A stretch of DNA of 64,000 nt from positions 26,874 to 90,873 of the forward strand of contig CALKCF010000002.1 in the NCBI GenBank assembly GCA_938083505.1, read 5' to 3'. This DNA is from an uncultured archaeon. GTDB taxonomy: Archaea > Thermoproteota > Nitrososphaeria_A > Caldarchaeales > Wolframiiraptoraceae. The notes under the pieces were generated by a model that saw only the letters and a program-made list of their open reading frames with translations, searched no databases and was not told the DNA's origin. Of the stretch, positions 18,602-28,749 are shown piece by piece. How positions within the stretch are numbered: the stretch's first letter is position 1; every line of letters starts with the position of its first letter. The position numbers and the translations under genes are program-made.

Positions 18602-19457
18602 AAAGGGTGGCTTCAGCAAGCTCGTAGCATACATTAAGTTAACGAGACCACAAAACGGAATTATGATGTTTATAGCTGTACTCGTCGGCGTTGTTTTCTC
18701 AGAGAGCAGGTCCATGCACGTCTATCAGGCATCGTTGGCTTTTGTGACAGCATTCTCCCTTAGTGGAAGCTCTATGGCGATAAACGACTATTTCGACAGA
18801 GATGTTGATGCCGTGAACTCGCCGAACAGACCCATACCTTCGGGCAAGGCATCACCGAAAGGTGTCATCATCTTTTCATCCATCTTAGGAACCTTAGGTT
18901 TGATGGCCGCCGCATTTACCTCATACGTTTGCTTAGCATTCGCTATATTTGCGTATACCTCCGCTATTTTGTATAACTCGCTGGTCAAGACGAGTGGGTT
19001 GCCTGGAAATATGTTGGTGAGTTTTAACGTGGTAGCACCGTTTATCTACGGCTCACTCATAAGCGATGGCATGATTGGGGCAAAGGTACTCACCTTTGCT
19101 CTGTTGGCTTTCTTAGCAAACACGGGAAGGGAGGTGATTAAGGGAATTTCCGATGTCGAAGGTGACGCGCTTAGGGGCGTGAAGTCTATAGCTAGGAGCA
19201 TAGGCGAGAAGCGTGCGGCCATACTCGGCGCGGTCCTTTACGTTTCAGCAGTCTGTCTTAGCCCCCTGCCTTACATCCTTGGCTATGTCTCGTTCTTGTA
19301 TGTGCCTATTGTGCTCGTATGCGACGCTGGCTTCATTTACTCCTCGGTATCGATAATAAAATCACCAACAAAAGATAATGCTATAAGGGTAAAGAACCAT
19401 TCTTTGTTGTGGATGCTTATAGCCTTGCTTTCTTTCATAGCCGGAGGCTTTTTATAA
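18594..19457 (+). CDS. UbiA-family prenyltransferase, likely digeranylgeranylglyceryl phosphate synthase
   Basis: 287 aa with NDYFDRDVDAVNSPNRPIPSG (the Asp-rich UbiA motif), a second D-rich loop and about 8 TM. The size is typical of archaeal DGGGP synthase. Confidence 0.75.
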   Translation: MSKKGGFSKLVAYIKLTRPQNGIMMFIAVLVGVVFSESRSMHVYQASLAFVTAFSLSGSSMAINDYFDRDVDAVNSPNRPIPSGKASPKGVIIFSSILGTLGLMAAAFTSYVCLAFAIFAYTSAILYNSLVKTSGLPGNMLVSFNVVAPFIYGSLISDGMIGAKVLTFALLAFLANTGREVIKGISDVEGDALRGVKSIARSIGEKRAAILGAVLYVSAVCLSPLPYILGYVSFLYVPIVLVCDAGFIYSSVSIIKSPTKDNAIRVKNHSLLWMLIALLSFIAGGFL

Positions 19458-19495
19458 AAACCCTTAATTTGAACTCATGTGTCTCCGAAAGAATG

Positions 19496-19580
19496 GCGGG
19501 GGTTGCCAAGCCTGGTCAACGGCGCAGGGCTTAGGACCCTGTCCCGTAGGGGTTCGTGGGTTCAAATCCCACCCCCCGCA
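19496..19580 (+). tRNA. tRNA-Leu (anticodon TAG), class II with long variable arm
   Basis: Acceptor GCGGGGG/CCCCCGC, anticodon stem CAGGG/CCCTG with loop CTTAGGA, variable arm TCCCGTAGGGGTTC, T-arm GTGGG-TTCAAAT-CCCAC and discriminator A. Confidence 0.9.
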
Positions 19581-19664
19581 TTAATTTACTAGTATAATGT
19601 TAAAATATCTTCACACTATAACTTAACATGCTACAGAATACCAGACCCAACCAGCCCGATAAAG

Positions 19665-20327
19665 ATGAGTGAAGAGGTTGAGATAACACCTACAACCCAA
19701 GAAATACCCTCAGACCTATTCGACATAATAGTTGGGCACAATGATGTTAAGGAGATCCTGTAGAGGGCGATAAGGTCTAAAGAAACTGTACACTGCCTAC
19801 TACACGTCTCACCGGCCAGCGCCAAGTCCCTATTCATCGAAGAGCTCTCAAGACTCCCAAACAGCAGATTCATCCTCGGATCATCCCTCTCAAAGGCCGG
19901 ACTAATAGAGACACTATTCGAATACAAGCCGAGATACCTAATACTCGACGAGATAGATAAGATAGACTCCGCCGACAACCTAAGCGCCCTACTAAGCCTA
20001 ATGGAGAGAGGAATAGTGGTCGAGATAAAGTATAAGCGGCATAGTAGGATACAGCTAACAACAACAGTACTCGCAGCCTGCAACAAGGTAGAATTCCTAC
20101 CACCAGAGCTACTGAGCATGTTCCTAAGACTAAGATTTAGAGACTACACCATCGACGAATTCCTGGAAGTAGTGAAGGTAGTGCTGACAGAGCGGGAGAA
20201 CATACCGTTCCCAACAGCAACCTACATAGACGAAAAAGTCCTCACAGAGCTGCTAAGCAGGGATCCGAGAAATGCAATAAAAATAGCCCGGCTTTTAGAA
20301 TACTTTCACACAATGGTTCAGCGCTAA
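19665..20327 (+). pseudogene. AAA+ ATPase pseudogene (in-frame TAG, eroded Walker A)
   Basis: A single frame from ATG 19665 to TAA 20327 is interrupted by TAG at 19761-19763. Walker A reads HCLLHVSPASAKS where GPPGxAKS is expected. Walker B (YLILDEIDK) and sensor regions remain recognisable. Confidence 0.7.
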
Positions 20328-20543
20328 TCTCATCTTATTATTCATTTGCATTATTTCGTCCAGATTAGCTGAGATTTATACAGCCTACTGACTCAATACT
20401 TCAGTCATAAGGGTTGACTTTAGAACTGTAGCCAGAGAATAAAGGGTGTTGTTGCATCTATCCCTGTATTCTCACGCTCCCTTAAAGGTGTTCGGGGTGC
20501 AACCTTGAGGAGAATGAAGAAAGACAGTATCCAGTATGTTGGC

Positions 20544-22034
20544 TTAGTCACCATACAATATTCTGAGTATGGGCCTTAGAAATGGTGAGAGGGCGGCTAG
20601 GGCTTTCTCTGAGATAAGAGCTGTAGACAACTCCTTCAAGTCCTCTCTAGTGATTATTCTGAGTCGAGCATAGAGTATGTAGGAGGGGATGAGGATTAAT
20701 GGTATCCCGAGGATTGGTAAGAGCTTGAGAAGAAGAATGACTAGGTATGCGCAGAGAGGTATCAGCAATGTTATCAGATTATCCTTCAGGCCCAACTGGT
20801 ATCTAGCCTTCTTGGATAGGTGGATGACGAGGAGTAGGCTTGGTATGAAGCCGAGGGCGAAGGAGGCCGCGGCTCCCTCCTCTGCGAGAGTCTGTATCAG
20901 GGTTAGGTAGAGGGCTAGCCTAGCCGCATTTCCGGCCACCCCGATGGCTGTGACTTCACCATACCTCCCGGCGGCGTATGCGTAGATTGTATAGCTATTC
21001 ACGATGGGTGCTAGCAGGAAGCCTGCGCTCAGGATCATTATTGGAGCTGAGGCAGGGATATATGACTGCCCCAGCAATGATGGGATAAGGGCCGGGTATG
21101 CAATCAGTGTGAAAGCAAGCGGAAAGGTCATGGCTGAGGCTAGCCTAGCGGCCCTCACCATAAACCTCTTTCTGCCATCCTCCATCGAGCTCAGAACAGG
21201 GAAAGACAGGGTCAAAACATTCATGGGCAGCGCCAGTATACCCGTAGTTATAGCAAAAGCTATAAAATATGTCCCGGTCTCGTAGCTCCCAACCAAGCCT
21301 CTCAGACCCAAAACCCCTAGCCACTGACCCATAAGCGTAAGGATCGATGGAATCCAAGTGGCAAGCCCTGCCTCAAGCGACTCCCTAACAGCCCGCAGAG
21401 ATGTAGAGAACTCCACCCTAAGCCTTCGGAGCTGCCGGCTCGCCAATAACAACAGCATCGCGTCCGATACTAGGGCGGCCGAGACATAGCCCAGCATTAT
21501 CCCGTAGAACCCCAAACCGAGATAGACCAGCGAAATTCCTATCACTAACCTACCCAGACCCGTTATGAGATTCGCCAGAGCGACGTACTCCGTCCTCAGA
21601 ATCGAGCTGAAGAACGATATTACTACAAACGGCCAACCATTCATCCCAATCAACATCAGCAGAGATGTGAAGAATACGGAGTCAGGGTCCAGCGGAACAA
21701 CACCTACAAACAGCCCTAATACCAAGAATATCAGCGCGGAAGCCACGTCAATCACAAATAGGAATATTAGTGGCGAGTAGAAGTAGCGGCCCAATTCTAT
21801 CGAATCTCGACGGCCAAACTCCCTGCCGAGCAAGCGCATAACACCAGTCGGTATTCCGAAAGAGAGGGTTGAGAGGAGCAGACCCTCGATCGCGAGCACA
21901 GTAGCAACGCGCCCCACAACCTCCGGCGACACAAGAGGTGAGACGAGGAGCCAATAAACGAACCCGAAAAAGCTGGTCAGAATAGACCCAATACTGAGCC
22001 AAACACCCCCCCTCAGAACCCTATCCAGACTCAT
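20544..22034 (-). CDS. MOP-superfamily oligosaccharide/polysaccharide flippase (Wzx/RfbX-like)
   Basis: 496 aa with about 12-14 TM. The N-terminus LRGGVWLSIGSILTSFFGFVYWLLVSPLVSPEVVG is typical of polysaccharide biosynthesis proteins. It is markedly more G+C-rich than its neighbours. Confidence 0.75.
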   Translation of the reverse strand: MSLDRVLRGGVWLSIGSILTSFFGFVYWLLVSPLVSPEVVGRVATVLAIEGLLLSTLSFGIPTGVMRLLGREFGRRDSIELGRYFYSPLIFLFVIDVASALIFLVLGLFVGVVPLDPDSVFFTSLLMLIGMNGWPFVVISFFSSILRTEYVALANLITGLGRLVIGISLVYLGLGFYGIMLGYVSAALVSDAMLLLLASRQLRRLRVEFSTSLRAVRESLEAGLATWIPSILTLMGQWLGVLGLRGLVGSYETGTYFIAFAITTGILALPMNVLTLSFPVLSSMEDGRKRFMVRAARLASAMTFPLAFTLIAYPALIPSLLGQSYIPASAPIMILSAGFLLAPIVNSYTIYAYAAGRYGEVTAIGVAGNAARLALYLTLIQTLAEEGAAASFALGFIPSLLLVIHLSKKARYQLGLKDNLITLLIPLCAYLVILLLKLLPILGIPLILIPSYILYARLRIITREDLKELSTALISEKALAALSPFLRPILRILYGD

Positions 22035-22300
22035 TTCTTAGCACCGATGCGCCTAGCGATCCTTATAATCATAAGACGTTAAGTATCTTCAGTCTTTTGC
22101 CTGTGGATATCTCGCTATTGATGAAGCAGACTCTCGATTCTGGCTTTCCCACGCTATGCCAATCAATTGTTTTCTTTCATTTCCTTGACTATCAGGGCAT
22201 GTCTACCCCAAGCTTAAACCCTCCAATAATAACATGTACACCTCCCTATCTCTCCCAATAAGCCTCTTCAACCAGCCGACCATGTTTTAAAGTAGTTCTC

Positions 22301-25300
22301 TTAACTGACTGTGAGCCTTTTATGGAAAATGATTTTTAGCTTTAACGATTTCTTCCGTTCTAGAATGCTTTTTTCCCTCACCCAATCGTAGACCAAATAT
22401 GTAGTGCAAGCTATTAGGGTGGTGATTGATACTATTAAGCCTATGTAAAACCATTTTTGAGGCTCGTATTCGATGGTAATCTCCAAGAGGCCAGTCTGGT
22501 TTATCCAGAAGCCATTTATCACGCCGTATAATGGCATGGACTGTATTCTTTCTCCATTTACATACGCAACCCATAGAGAGTCGTAAGATTCTGCGAAAGA
22601 GAGCATAAATGGTTTGGTTGCGTTTACCTTTACCACGTATTTTGTTGGATCGATTTTCTGGTAGCTTATCACCTCTGCTGGATTTTCTTTAGGTGCAAAA
22701 ATGTCTTCCAAGGTTTCGTTATTATTTTGGACCGAGTAGAGCCAAATTACGTCCAAGTCTGCTAATGCGTTTATAACCTCTATCATATGTCTTCCTTTTT
22801 CTAGGTTTATCGGCCCGATGTAGATCCACTTCAGTTGCGGTGAGCTGACTTCATATTTCTTTTCGTTTATATTTATTGTTAGGTTTCCTTTGCTTCTGAT
22901 TCCGAGTGTGTAGCTTCCAGGTTTTATTATCTCTATTTCACCCCAGACTTTTGATGTTAGGTTTAATTCTAGGACTTTACCATTGCTGGCTTCTCCGCCA
23001 TACTTATTCGATACTATGCTATTTTGGTAGTAGAGATCTGACTCCGCTTCTAGGACATAGATTATCCTTTTGTCCTGAAGAAGCTGTTCTATTTGATTTT
23101 GGACATTTTGATATTCCTGTTTGGGGATTAATGCGAATAGGTTTATTGCATTGAGTCCTCCAATGTTTATTAGAGTTATTCTATGAGAGCCTTTTTCTAG
23201 ATGTAGAACATCTATTTGTTTCCATACAAATTTGTTAAGTTGATCTTTAGTGTTTATAGTGTAGCTTTTATTGTCTAGTTGGATTTGAATACTTCCACCT
23301 CGCTGGTTTTGGAAGAGGCGGATTAGAAATACGTATTCGTCTGTTTCATGTATTGTAAATGGAATTTCCAGAGCAACTGTCTTGTCTTTCAGGGTTGAAA
23401 CAGCCCAAGTGAAAACTAACCCTTCACTATAGTCAGATTGCCAGTTCTCAATACCGAATTTTTCTAAGTAAGGGTGCCAATCTGCATGTAGTAAATCTGC
23501 TGTTGAGGATTTAGACCAGAGTCTCGCTGGATTGACGAAATATGTAAATTTAAAGGGTGCTAAAATGACGCCCACCTTGCTAGCCTTCGCATAGAGACAT
23601 AGTGATTCGAAATCAAGTATTGCTGCTTGAGCTGCTTTTACCACATCATCCCTACACTCGGTTATCACTGCGATATGAAATGGAAATTGCGGAAATGTTA
23701 TCGTGTAGAAATTTTCCCCATCTAGATCAGATAATATCAAACTCTTTGGGATGTAGAAAAGTGTGAGATTACGCGGATTCTCACATATCGTCAGATAATT
23801 TAGTTTATTACAATTCAAATACTGGTAGTCCACTCTAAAGTTTGATGCGCCTAATATATCGGTTCTCTTAATGATATATTTTATGTTGAGATCGTCTAGA
23901 AGCTGCTGAGGCCCCTCTTTTCGAGTCAACATTTTCACATATTCGAGACCTATATTGTGTGTTGAGCCTATGGATCGTTCCAAGTTTTTAGATATTGATT
24001 TTTGATCGTTCCAAACATATCTCCATGTGCCAAGAATCTTTTGAGCCGAGCTCGGATATATCCATAAAACCTTGTGATCCAAAAGGATTTTATCTTTCAT
24101 GTCGTAATACTCTAGTGGCATGTAGGTTGGTGAATATACATCATTTATATAGACTAGCGATGGGGAAGATACTACATTCATAATGATCAGAGCTAGGAGT
24201 AAGAATGTCAGGCTAGAACTTTTTTTGCCCCTTAACGAGCTAAGACCCAATAGTAGTATCATAATAAGGAATATTGGAAGTAAAATGCTAAGTCTTCCCC
24301 ATTCTCTAAGCGGAGCGAAGAGGTCGATATATCCCAATTGTCCGAAGATGTGAATGATGTTGTAGAGGAGGGGATTATTCGTTCCTTGAATAAAGAAGAT
24401 CAGCCCTATAACGAACACTGCTGAAGGAAGAACGAGTGCTTTATGTTTCTTTTGTGATACCTCTGAGATGAGTATTGCGAATGTAAACATGAATAAAAGT
24501 AGAGAAGTCACACGAAACAGGGGGTTTTTGAGAAGGGTCGCTGGAACTTTTGGCCACCAATTATTGGAAAACGTGAAGATGTTAATCAAATTTCCATTTC
24601 TCGAAAGCATCGATAGCTGATCTATACTCATGGGAATAGGATACTCTAGACCCTTAAACATATGCAATAACAGAAGTGGCATGTTCATAAAGAAATAGAT
24701 AATAATAGGTCCACCAATAAATAAAAGAAGATTCTTTGCTTTCTTATTAAACAAGAATATCGAAGATATAGTTAAGAACGTATGTATGATAAACATGTAG
24801 ATAAAGTTGTGAGGTATTATACCGTAGATCGCAAATAGCAACGAATAAATTATTAAATTCTTCAGTCTTCTATTCGATATATAGGCCAATCCAAAATATA
24901 GATATAATGGAAATATCGCATAAGCAACCCATATCCATATATGTGCCAGCCTTTCAACTGACCATAGATTGAGGTAATAGAATAAAGTTATAACCAGAAC
25001 TAGCATGGCTCGGCGACTTTTTCCTGCTTCAAACAGAGAACTTAGCTTTAATATACCATAACAGCCTAGAATAATTGAGACTAAAATGGCGACACTTGTA
25101 ATCTGACTATCAGTAATGGTAGATATTAAATTTGTTAACGCAGTTATACTTCCTTCCAACAAAAAACTCCGTATAATGTGTAATGTTGGGGCCCCGAGCC
25201 GCTCGTTAAATACATAGTAGATCATTCGATATTTTTCAAGTCCGGAACTGACACCTATATTTGATGAGAAATCTCCATAAGCAAAATTTAAGTAGCCGTC

Positions 25301-25399
25301 AAGCAGCGGAAAAAGCAGAGGTTTAAATAGAGCAATAAAAATAACTAAAGAAAGCAAAAAAGATACTAAAGGTAAATTTTTTGTGAAAAACTTCTTCAT
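22301..25399 (-). CDS. large GT-C-like polytopic membrane protein with extracellular beta-rich region and C-terminal anchor (YfhO-like architecture)
   Basis: 1032 aa. About 430 aa are multi-TM, followed by a long soluble region. The C-terminal module FAESYDSLWVAYVNGERIQSMPLYGVINGFWINQTGLLEITIEYEPQKW plus a TM resembles the YfhO-family C-terminus. The gene is very A+T-rich. Confidence 0.6.
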   Translation of the reverse strand: MKKFFTKNLPLVSFLLSLVIFIALFKPLLFPLLDGYLNFAYGDFSSNIGVSSGLEKYRMIYYVFNERLGAPTLHIIRSFLLEGSITALTNLISTITDSQITSVAILVSIILGCYGILKLSSLFEAGKSRRAMLVLVITLFYYLNLWSVERLAHIWIWVAYAIFPLYLYFGLAYISNRRLKNLIIYSLLFAIYGIIPHNFIYMFIIHTFLTISSIFLFNKKAKNLLLFIGGPIIIYFFMNMPLLLLHMFKGLEYPIPMSIDQLSMLSRNGNLINIFTFSNNWWPKVPATLLKNPLFRVTSLLLFMFTFAILISEVSQKKHKALVLPSAVFVIGLIFFIQGTNNPLLYNIIHIFGQLGYIDLFAPLREWGRLSILLPIFLIMILLLGLSSLRGKKSSSLTFLLLALIIMNVVSSPSLVYINDVYSPTYMPLEYYDMKDKILLDHKVLWIYPSSAQKILGTWRYVWNDQKSISKNLERSIGSTHNIGLEYVKMLTRKEGPQQLLDDLNIKYIIKRTDILGASNFRVDYQYLNCNKLNYLTICENPRNLTLFYIPKSLILSDLDGENFYTITFPQFPFHIAVITECRDDVVKAAQAAILDFESLCLYAKASKVGVILAPFKFTYFVNPARLWSKSSTADLLHADWHPYLEKFGIENWQSDYSEGLVFTWAVSTLKDKTVALEIPFTIHETDEYVFLIRLFQNQRGGSIQIQLDNKSYTINTKDQLNKFVWKQIDVLHLEKGSHRITLINIGGLNAINLFALIPKQEYQNVQNQIEQLLQDKRIIYVLEAESDLYYQNSIVSNKYGGEASNGKVLELNLTSKVWGEIEIIKPGSYTLGIRSKGNLTININEKKYEVSSPQLKWIYIGPINLEKGRHMIEVINALADLDVIWLYSVQNNNETLEDIFAPKENPAEVISYQKIDPTKYVVKVNATKPFMLSFAESYDSLWVAYVNGERIQSMPLYGVINGFWINQTGLLEITIEYEPQKWFYIGLIVSITTLIACTTYLVYDWVREKSILERKKSLKLKIIFHKRLTVS

Positions 25400-25529
25400 A
25401 ATTCACCAATCAACTTCTCTTTTTTGACGGATGTTCTAAAAAAGCATATAAGTCCATTCTGGTGGATATGATAAGAGTTTATTAATATCAACAACTGTGA
25501 TGTCATTGTCATGCGATGCAAGTGGAACA

Positions 25530-26100
25530 TCAATATTTTCTTGGAATGAAATACTCAACTGTATAGCCTAAGCCTCTCAGCATAAATAGCAAGTCAATAT
25601 GTTTATGTTTGCCCAGCAATGTGGGATGCATCTCAATAAAGAGGTCGGGTAGGTGTTTAGAGATTCTTCTATAACACCCTTTGACTAAGTGGTATTCATG
25701 ACCTTCTACATCCATTCTAATCAAATCAATTTTTCGAGTGATTGAAGAAGCTCATCTCCTGTTGTGACTACAATTTCGAATTGGGATACATTATCATGAT
25801 CCTCGTCTTCTAACAAGCGGTGCCAGTTTGAACCATGGCTATATATTATTTTTGACAATACAACTTTATCAGATAAAGCCACATTAATTGCCTTTACATT
25901 ATTGATATTATTTAGCTTGATATTCTTCATTAAATATTAGAAGTTTAGCCGAACGGGTTCAATACTAATAACTACACCATCCATACCAAGAAGCTTCGCT
26001 TTTAAAATTGTGTAATATCCTATATTACTACCAACATCAACTACAACCACTTTGCTTATAGTCTTCTTTAGTTTTTTAATTTTTTGATTAGTATTTTCGT
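25530..26100 (-). pseudogene. FkbM-family methyltransferase pseudogene (nonsense codon plus frameshifts)
   Basis: Three collinear pieces: VVVDVGSNIGYYTILKAKLLGMDGVVISIEPVRLNF, then TAA (25937-25939), then YLMKNIKLNNINNVKAINVALSD..., then a frameshift at about 25721-25724, then IRMDVEGHEYHLVKG. The N-terminus has no in-frame start. Confidence 0.75.
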
Positions 26101-26486
26101 TGATAATGGTTCATGTATTTTAAATATTTTTAATTCTCGTGATATGCCACGGTCGTGGAGGATAATGTACATTTTTTGGCTTGTATTTAGTCATAATAAT
26201 ATCTATTTTATGGGGTGGAGGCCAAATGTGAATTACCAAATTGAAAATGAATGTTTTGGTTGCCTTCCGTAGACCCCATATTCTGGCTACAGTAATATTT
26301 GATGAATTCCCCAAGTTTCTTAATATTCTTGAAAACCATAGTTCTCATCCTTTTTATATACCCTATTTAAGTTCGGGGAAGGGTTTATGGCCTGGTTTGT
26401 CTCAGCTGACTTGCATTGGATAGGTTTGAGGTGGAACGTATAATCTCTGTCATATCTACTACCGTCTCTAGGCATTATCCTAGGTT

Positions 26487-26887
26487 TGTGGTGATGAGCC
26501 TGTACGAGCTGATAGCCTTCGGTGTTATGGCCCATAAGTATTTTGATACCTTGGTTAAGCGTCTATGCCTCGAATAAGGTATAACAAGGTTGTTGAGAGG
26601 CTTAATAGGTATGAGGAGCTTCTACTGAGGTGTTTAAGTATGTTTGAACTAGGCGATCTTGTTATTGTGGATTCTACACCTATAGAGACCAAGGCCTTGG
26701 CTAGGCATGGTAGGCATCGGAGGAGGGGTGAGAGCACCTTGATAGAGGAGGCCGAGTCGATGGAATATAATGCCTCAAAAAGGGGTTCTACGAAGGCTAC
26801 AAAGCCACTGTTGCCTCAGACGGCTTATACGTCCGCCTGATAGGGATAGACCCTGCCAGCGTCCACGACGAAGGCTTTGATGAATAG
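26487..26887 (+). mobile_element. DDE transposase remnant (IS4/IS5-like), frameshifted and truncated
   Basis: The pieces MSLYELIAFGVMAHKYFDTLVKRL, LGDLVIVDSTPIETKALARHG and, in another frame, GFYEGYKATVASDGLYVRLIGIDPASVHDEGFDE match the DDE transposase blocks (DST...GYK...HD). No intact ORF or terminal repeats were found. Confidence 0.6.
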
Positions 26888-26976
26888 GTTCGTAGAGGGG
26901 TTTCAGGGGTTAAGGTCATGGTTTCACACCCACAACTCTTCTTTCACTACTTTAACACCTGGAGGGTTCCTGCTAT

Positions 26977-27700
26977 TTAATCACTTTTCACTTTACTTGC
27001 TAAATATCCTAATCCTGCTGAAAAATATTCTAAGATTTTTAAAATGATTACTCCTAAAGTAAGTGAGGGCTTAGAATAAAATCGCTTATTTTTGAGGAAG
27101 ATTGAAAATCTGTAAAAAATGTCCATTTGCTTATCGGCGTATTCGCCAAATTTTTCTTTGTATTTGGAGGCGTTTTTTCCATAGTAAAACTTCTTTTTCA
27201 ACCACTTCCAAAGAGAGAAGTTTTCCTCGTGATGTAAGATTTCAGCCTTTATTCTTTGCTTAACATTATAGCCTAGTGATTCTATCTTTTGTGGCAAGAT
27301 GGTCTCCTCAAAGAAAATTATGTCTTCGTCAAAACCATTTACCTTCTTAGCTAGATCTTTCTTGAAAAATCTTGCAGACTCTATTTCTGTTCCAGCGTAG
27401 AAACTTCTCTCGAAATCTCTAACCTTAGTCCAAGATGAGTTGCCAATAGATTTTTCCGGAATAATTATGCCACCAATCCCTTTGTCATTTTTCATTAGAC
27501 TGGCACACTCTCAAATTACATTTCTGGTCAATTCCATATCGGGATCTATAAAGTAAACATATTTACCTCCAGCCTTTTTGAGACCAAAAGTTTTTTACTT
27601 CAAAACGTTTGGCATCTAACTCTAAAACTTTTACCCATGATTTTTTGTAATTTCTTTAAGAAACACCCTTAAAGTGTTTAAGCAATCTAGGATACAATAT
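26977..27700 (-). pseudogene. family-2 glycosyltransferase pseudogene (in-frame TGA, frameshifts, N-terminal loss)
   Basis: KTFGLKKAGGKYVYFIDPDMELTRNVI, then TGA (27511-27513), then ECASLMKNDKGIGGIIIPE...GFDEDIIFFEE. The upstream GT2 part (KEITKNHG..VKVLELDAKRFE) is readable only by changing frame. Confidence 0.7.
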
Positions 27701-27738
27701 AATATGTTGTATATATTATAAATCATAATATTTTGGTT

Positions 27739-28614
27739 TTAACTTTGGATGATCTTAATGAGCGTAGTTAATCGTTGAATATATGTATGTTCCTTGTAAG
27801 CTCTTTTTTGTGCTCGCTCAGAAATTCTTTTCCTTTCTTCCTTCATTGCTATGTAATATCTAGCTAGTTTAATGAGCTCATTATTGTCGTTATACACGAT
27901 AACTTCTTCCCCACTTTTAAACATATTATCTATCCCATAAGCATTATCGGTGAGAAGGAATGCTCCACTTCCCGTAGCTTCAAAGGTTCTCATATTAACT
28001 TTATATGGTAAGTCATCCTCCATGTGTACGTTTAGGACTATTTTCGCAGCATTAAAAGCCTTAACCATTTCTGTCCCGTATATCCCATCATCTGCCTCAA
28101 CTCCATGAAAGAAATACTTCCAGTATGGACCCCAAACCTTAACTTTCAGTCCAACTTTTTTAAGCAATTTTATAATTCTGCCCCTTCTCAACGTGTATGT
28201 ACCAACAAAACATATATCTGAGCCGTAAAGCCTAGTCTCCTCATCACTTAGTTTAACCCTTCTATGCACAGTTGGTTCACACGCAAACGGAAGAAAGTGA
28301 ACGTTATTGCATCCTATTCTTTTATACATTTCCATAGCCCTCTCTGAGGCTGTAAAGATGTAATCATAGCTTGGTGCTATATATCTAACGAGGCTATTGA
28401 AAAATCTCGGATCGTCAGGATACCATAAGGCCGTCCTCGCCCCCAAGTTTTCTTTAATCCATTCAATAGTCTCCGGTTTCACCGCTTCGCCCTTAATTGA
28501 CAAAACTAAATCTGGACAGAATGTTTCGGCACTCCTCCTTATCTCCTCATTTACCTTATTCAGCCATAGCAGATTCGCTATATCCCTTAAGGATTTAGAC
28601 CTAGTAATTGCCAT
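27739..28614 (-). CDS. CgeB-family glycosyltransferase-like protein (DUF3880 + Glyco_trans_1_2 pattern), N-terminus frameshifted
   Basis: 291 aa: FCPDLVLSIKGEAVKPETIEWIK...ALWYPDDPRFF...YDYIFTAS...FVGTY...VWGPYW...LNVH...NMRTFEATGSGAFLLTD. A typical family N-terminus, MRILLLGS (ATG 28700), lies upstream in another frame. Confidence 0.6.
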   Translation of the reverse strand: MAITRSKSLRDIANLLWLNKVNEEIRRSAETFCPDLVLSIKGEAVKPETIEWIKENLGARTALWYPDDPRFFNSLVRYIAPSYDYIFTASERAMEMYKRIGCNNVHFLPFACEPTVHRRVKLSDEETRLYGSDICFVGTYTLRRGRIIKLLKKVGLKVKVWGPYWKYFFHGVEADDGIYGTEMVKAFNAAKIVLNVHMEDDLPYKVNMRTFEATGSGAFLLTDNAYGIDNMFKSGEEVIVYNDNNELIKLARYYIAMKEERKRISERAQKRAYKEHTYIQRLTTLIKIIQS

Positions 28615-28749
28615 TCTAACGGTGTTTACAAACCGACCGAGCCTTTCTTTATAACCATAGAATTTGACAGCATATCCGAGCCTAGTAGCAGTATTCTCAT
28701 AGCTAAAATAGTTTAAGGTTATTTTGCAGTCCAGTACATGATGCCCTGT

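Noticed and set aside
19761-19763. In-frame TAG in the AAA ATPase read as pyrrolysine.
   Set aside because: There is no Pyl machinery context in a TACK-like genome and the Walker A box is independently eroded. A pseudogene is the simpler explanation.
19631-20119. 162-aa and 77-aa minus-strand ORFs.
   Set aside because: They are antisense to the clearly homologous AAA ATPase frame and have a low-complexity S/L/R-rich translation.
22035-22300. Short minus-strand frames upstream of the flippase gene (MVGWLKRLIGRDREVYMLLLEGLSLG*...).
   Set aside because: They are interrupted by stops and no family was recognised. They may be a gene fragment, but there is no evidence for this.
26120-26535. Minus-strand ORFs of 64 and 71 aa (MGNSSNITVARIW..., MGHNTEGYQLV...).
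   Set aside because: No family motif was recognised. The 71-aa ORF overlaps the plus-strand transposase remnant. They are probably chance ORFs in decayed DNA.
27511-27513. In-frame TGA in the GT2 gene read as selenocysteine.
   Set aside because: It is not at a redox-active site, no SECIS-like hairpin was noted, and the gene also has frameshifts and a missing N-terminus.
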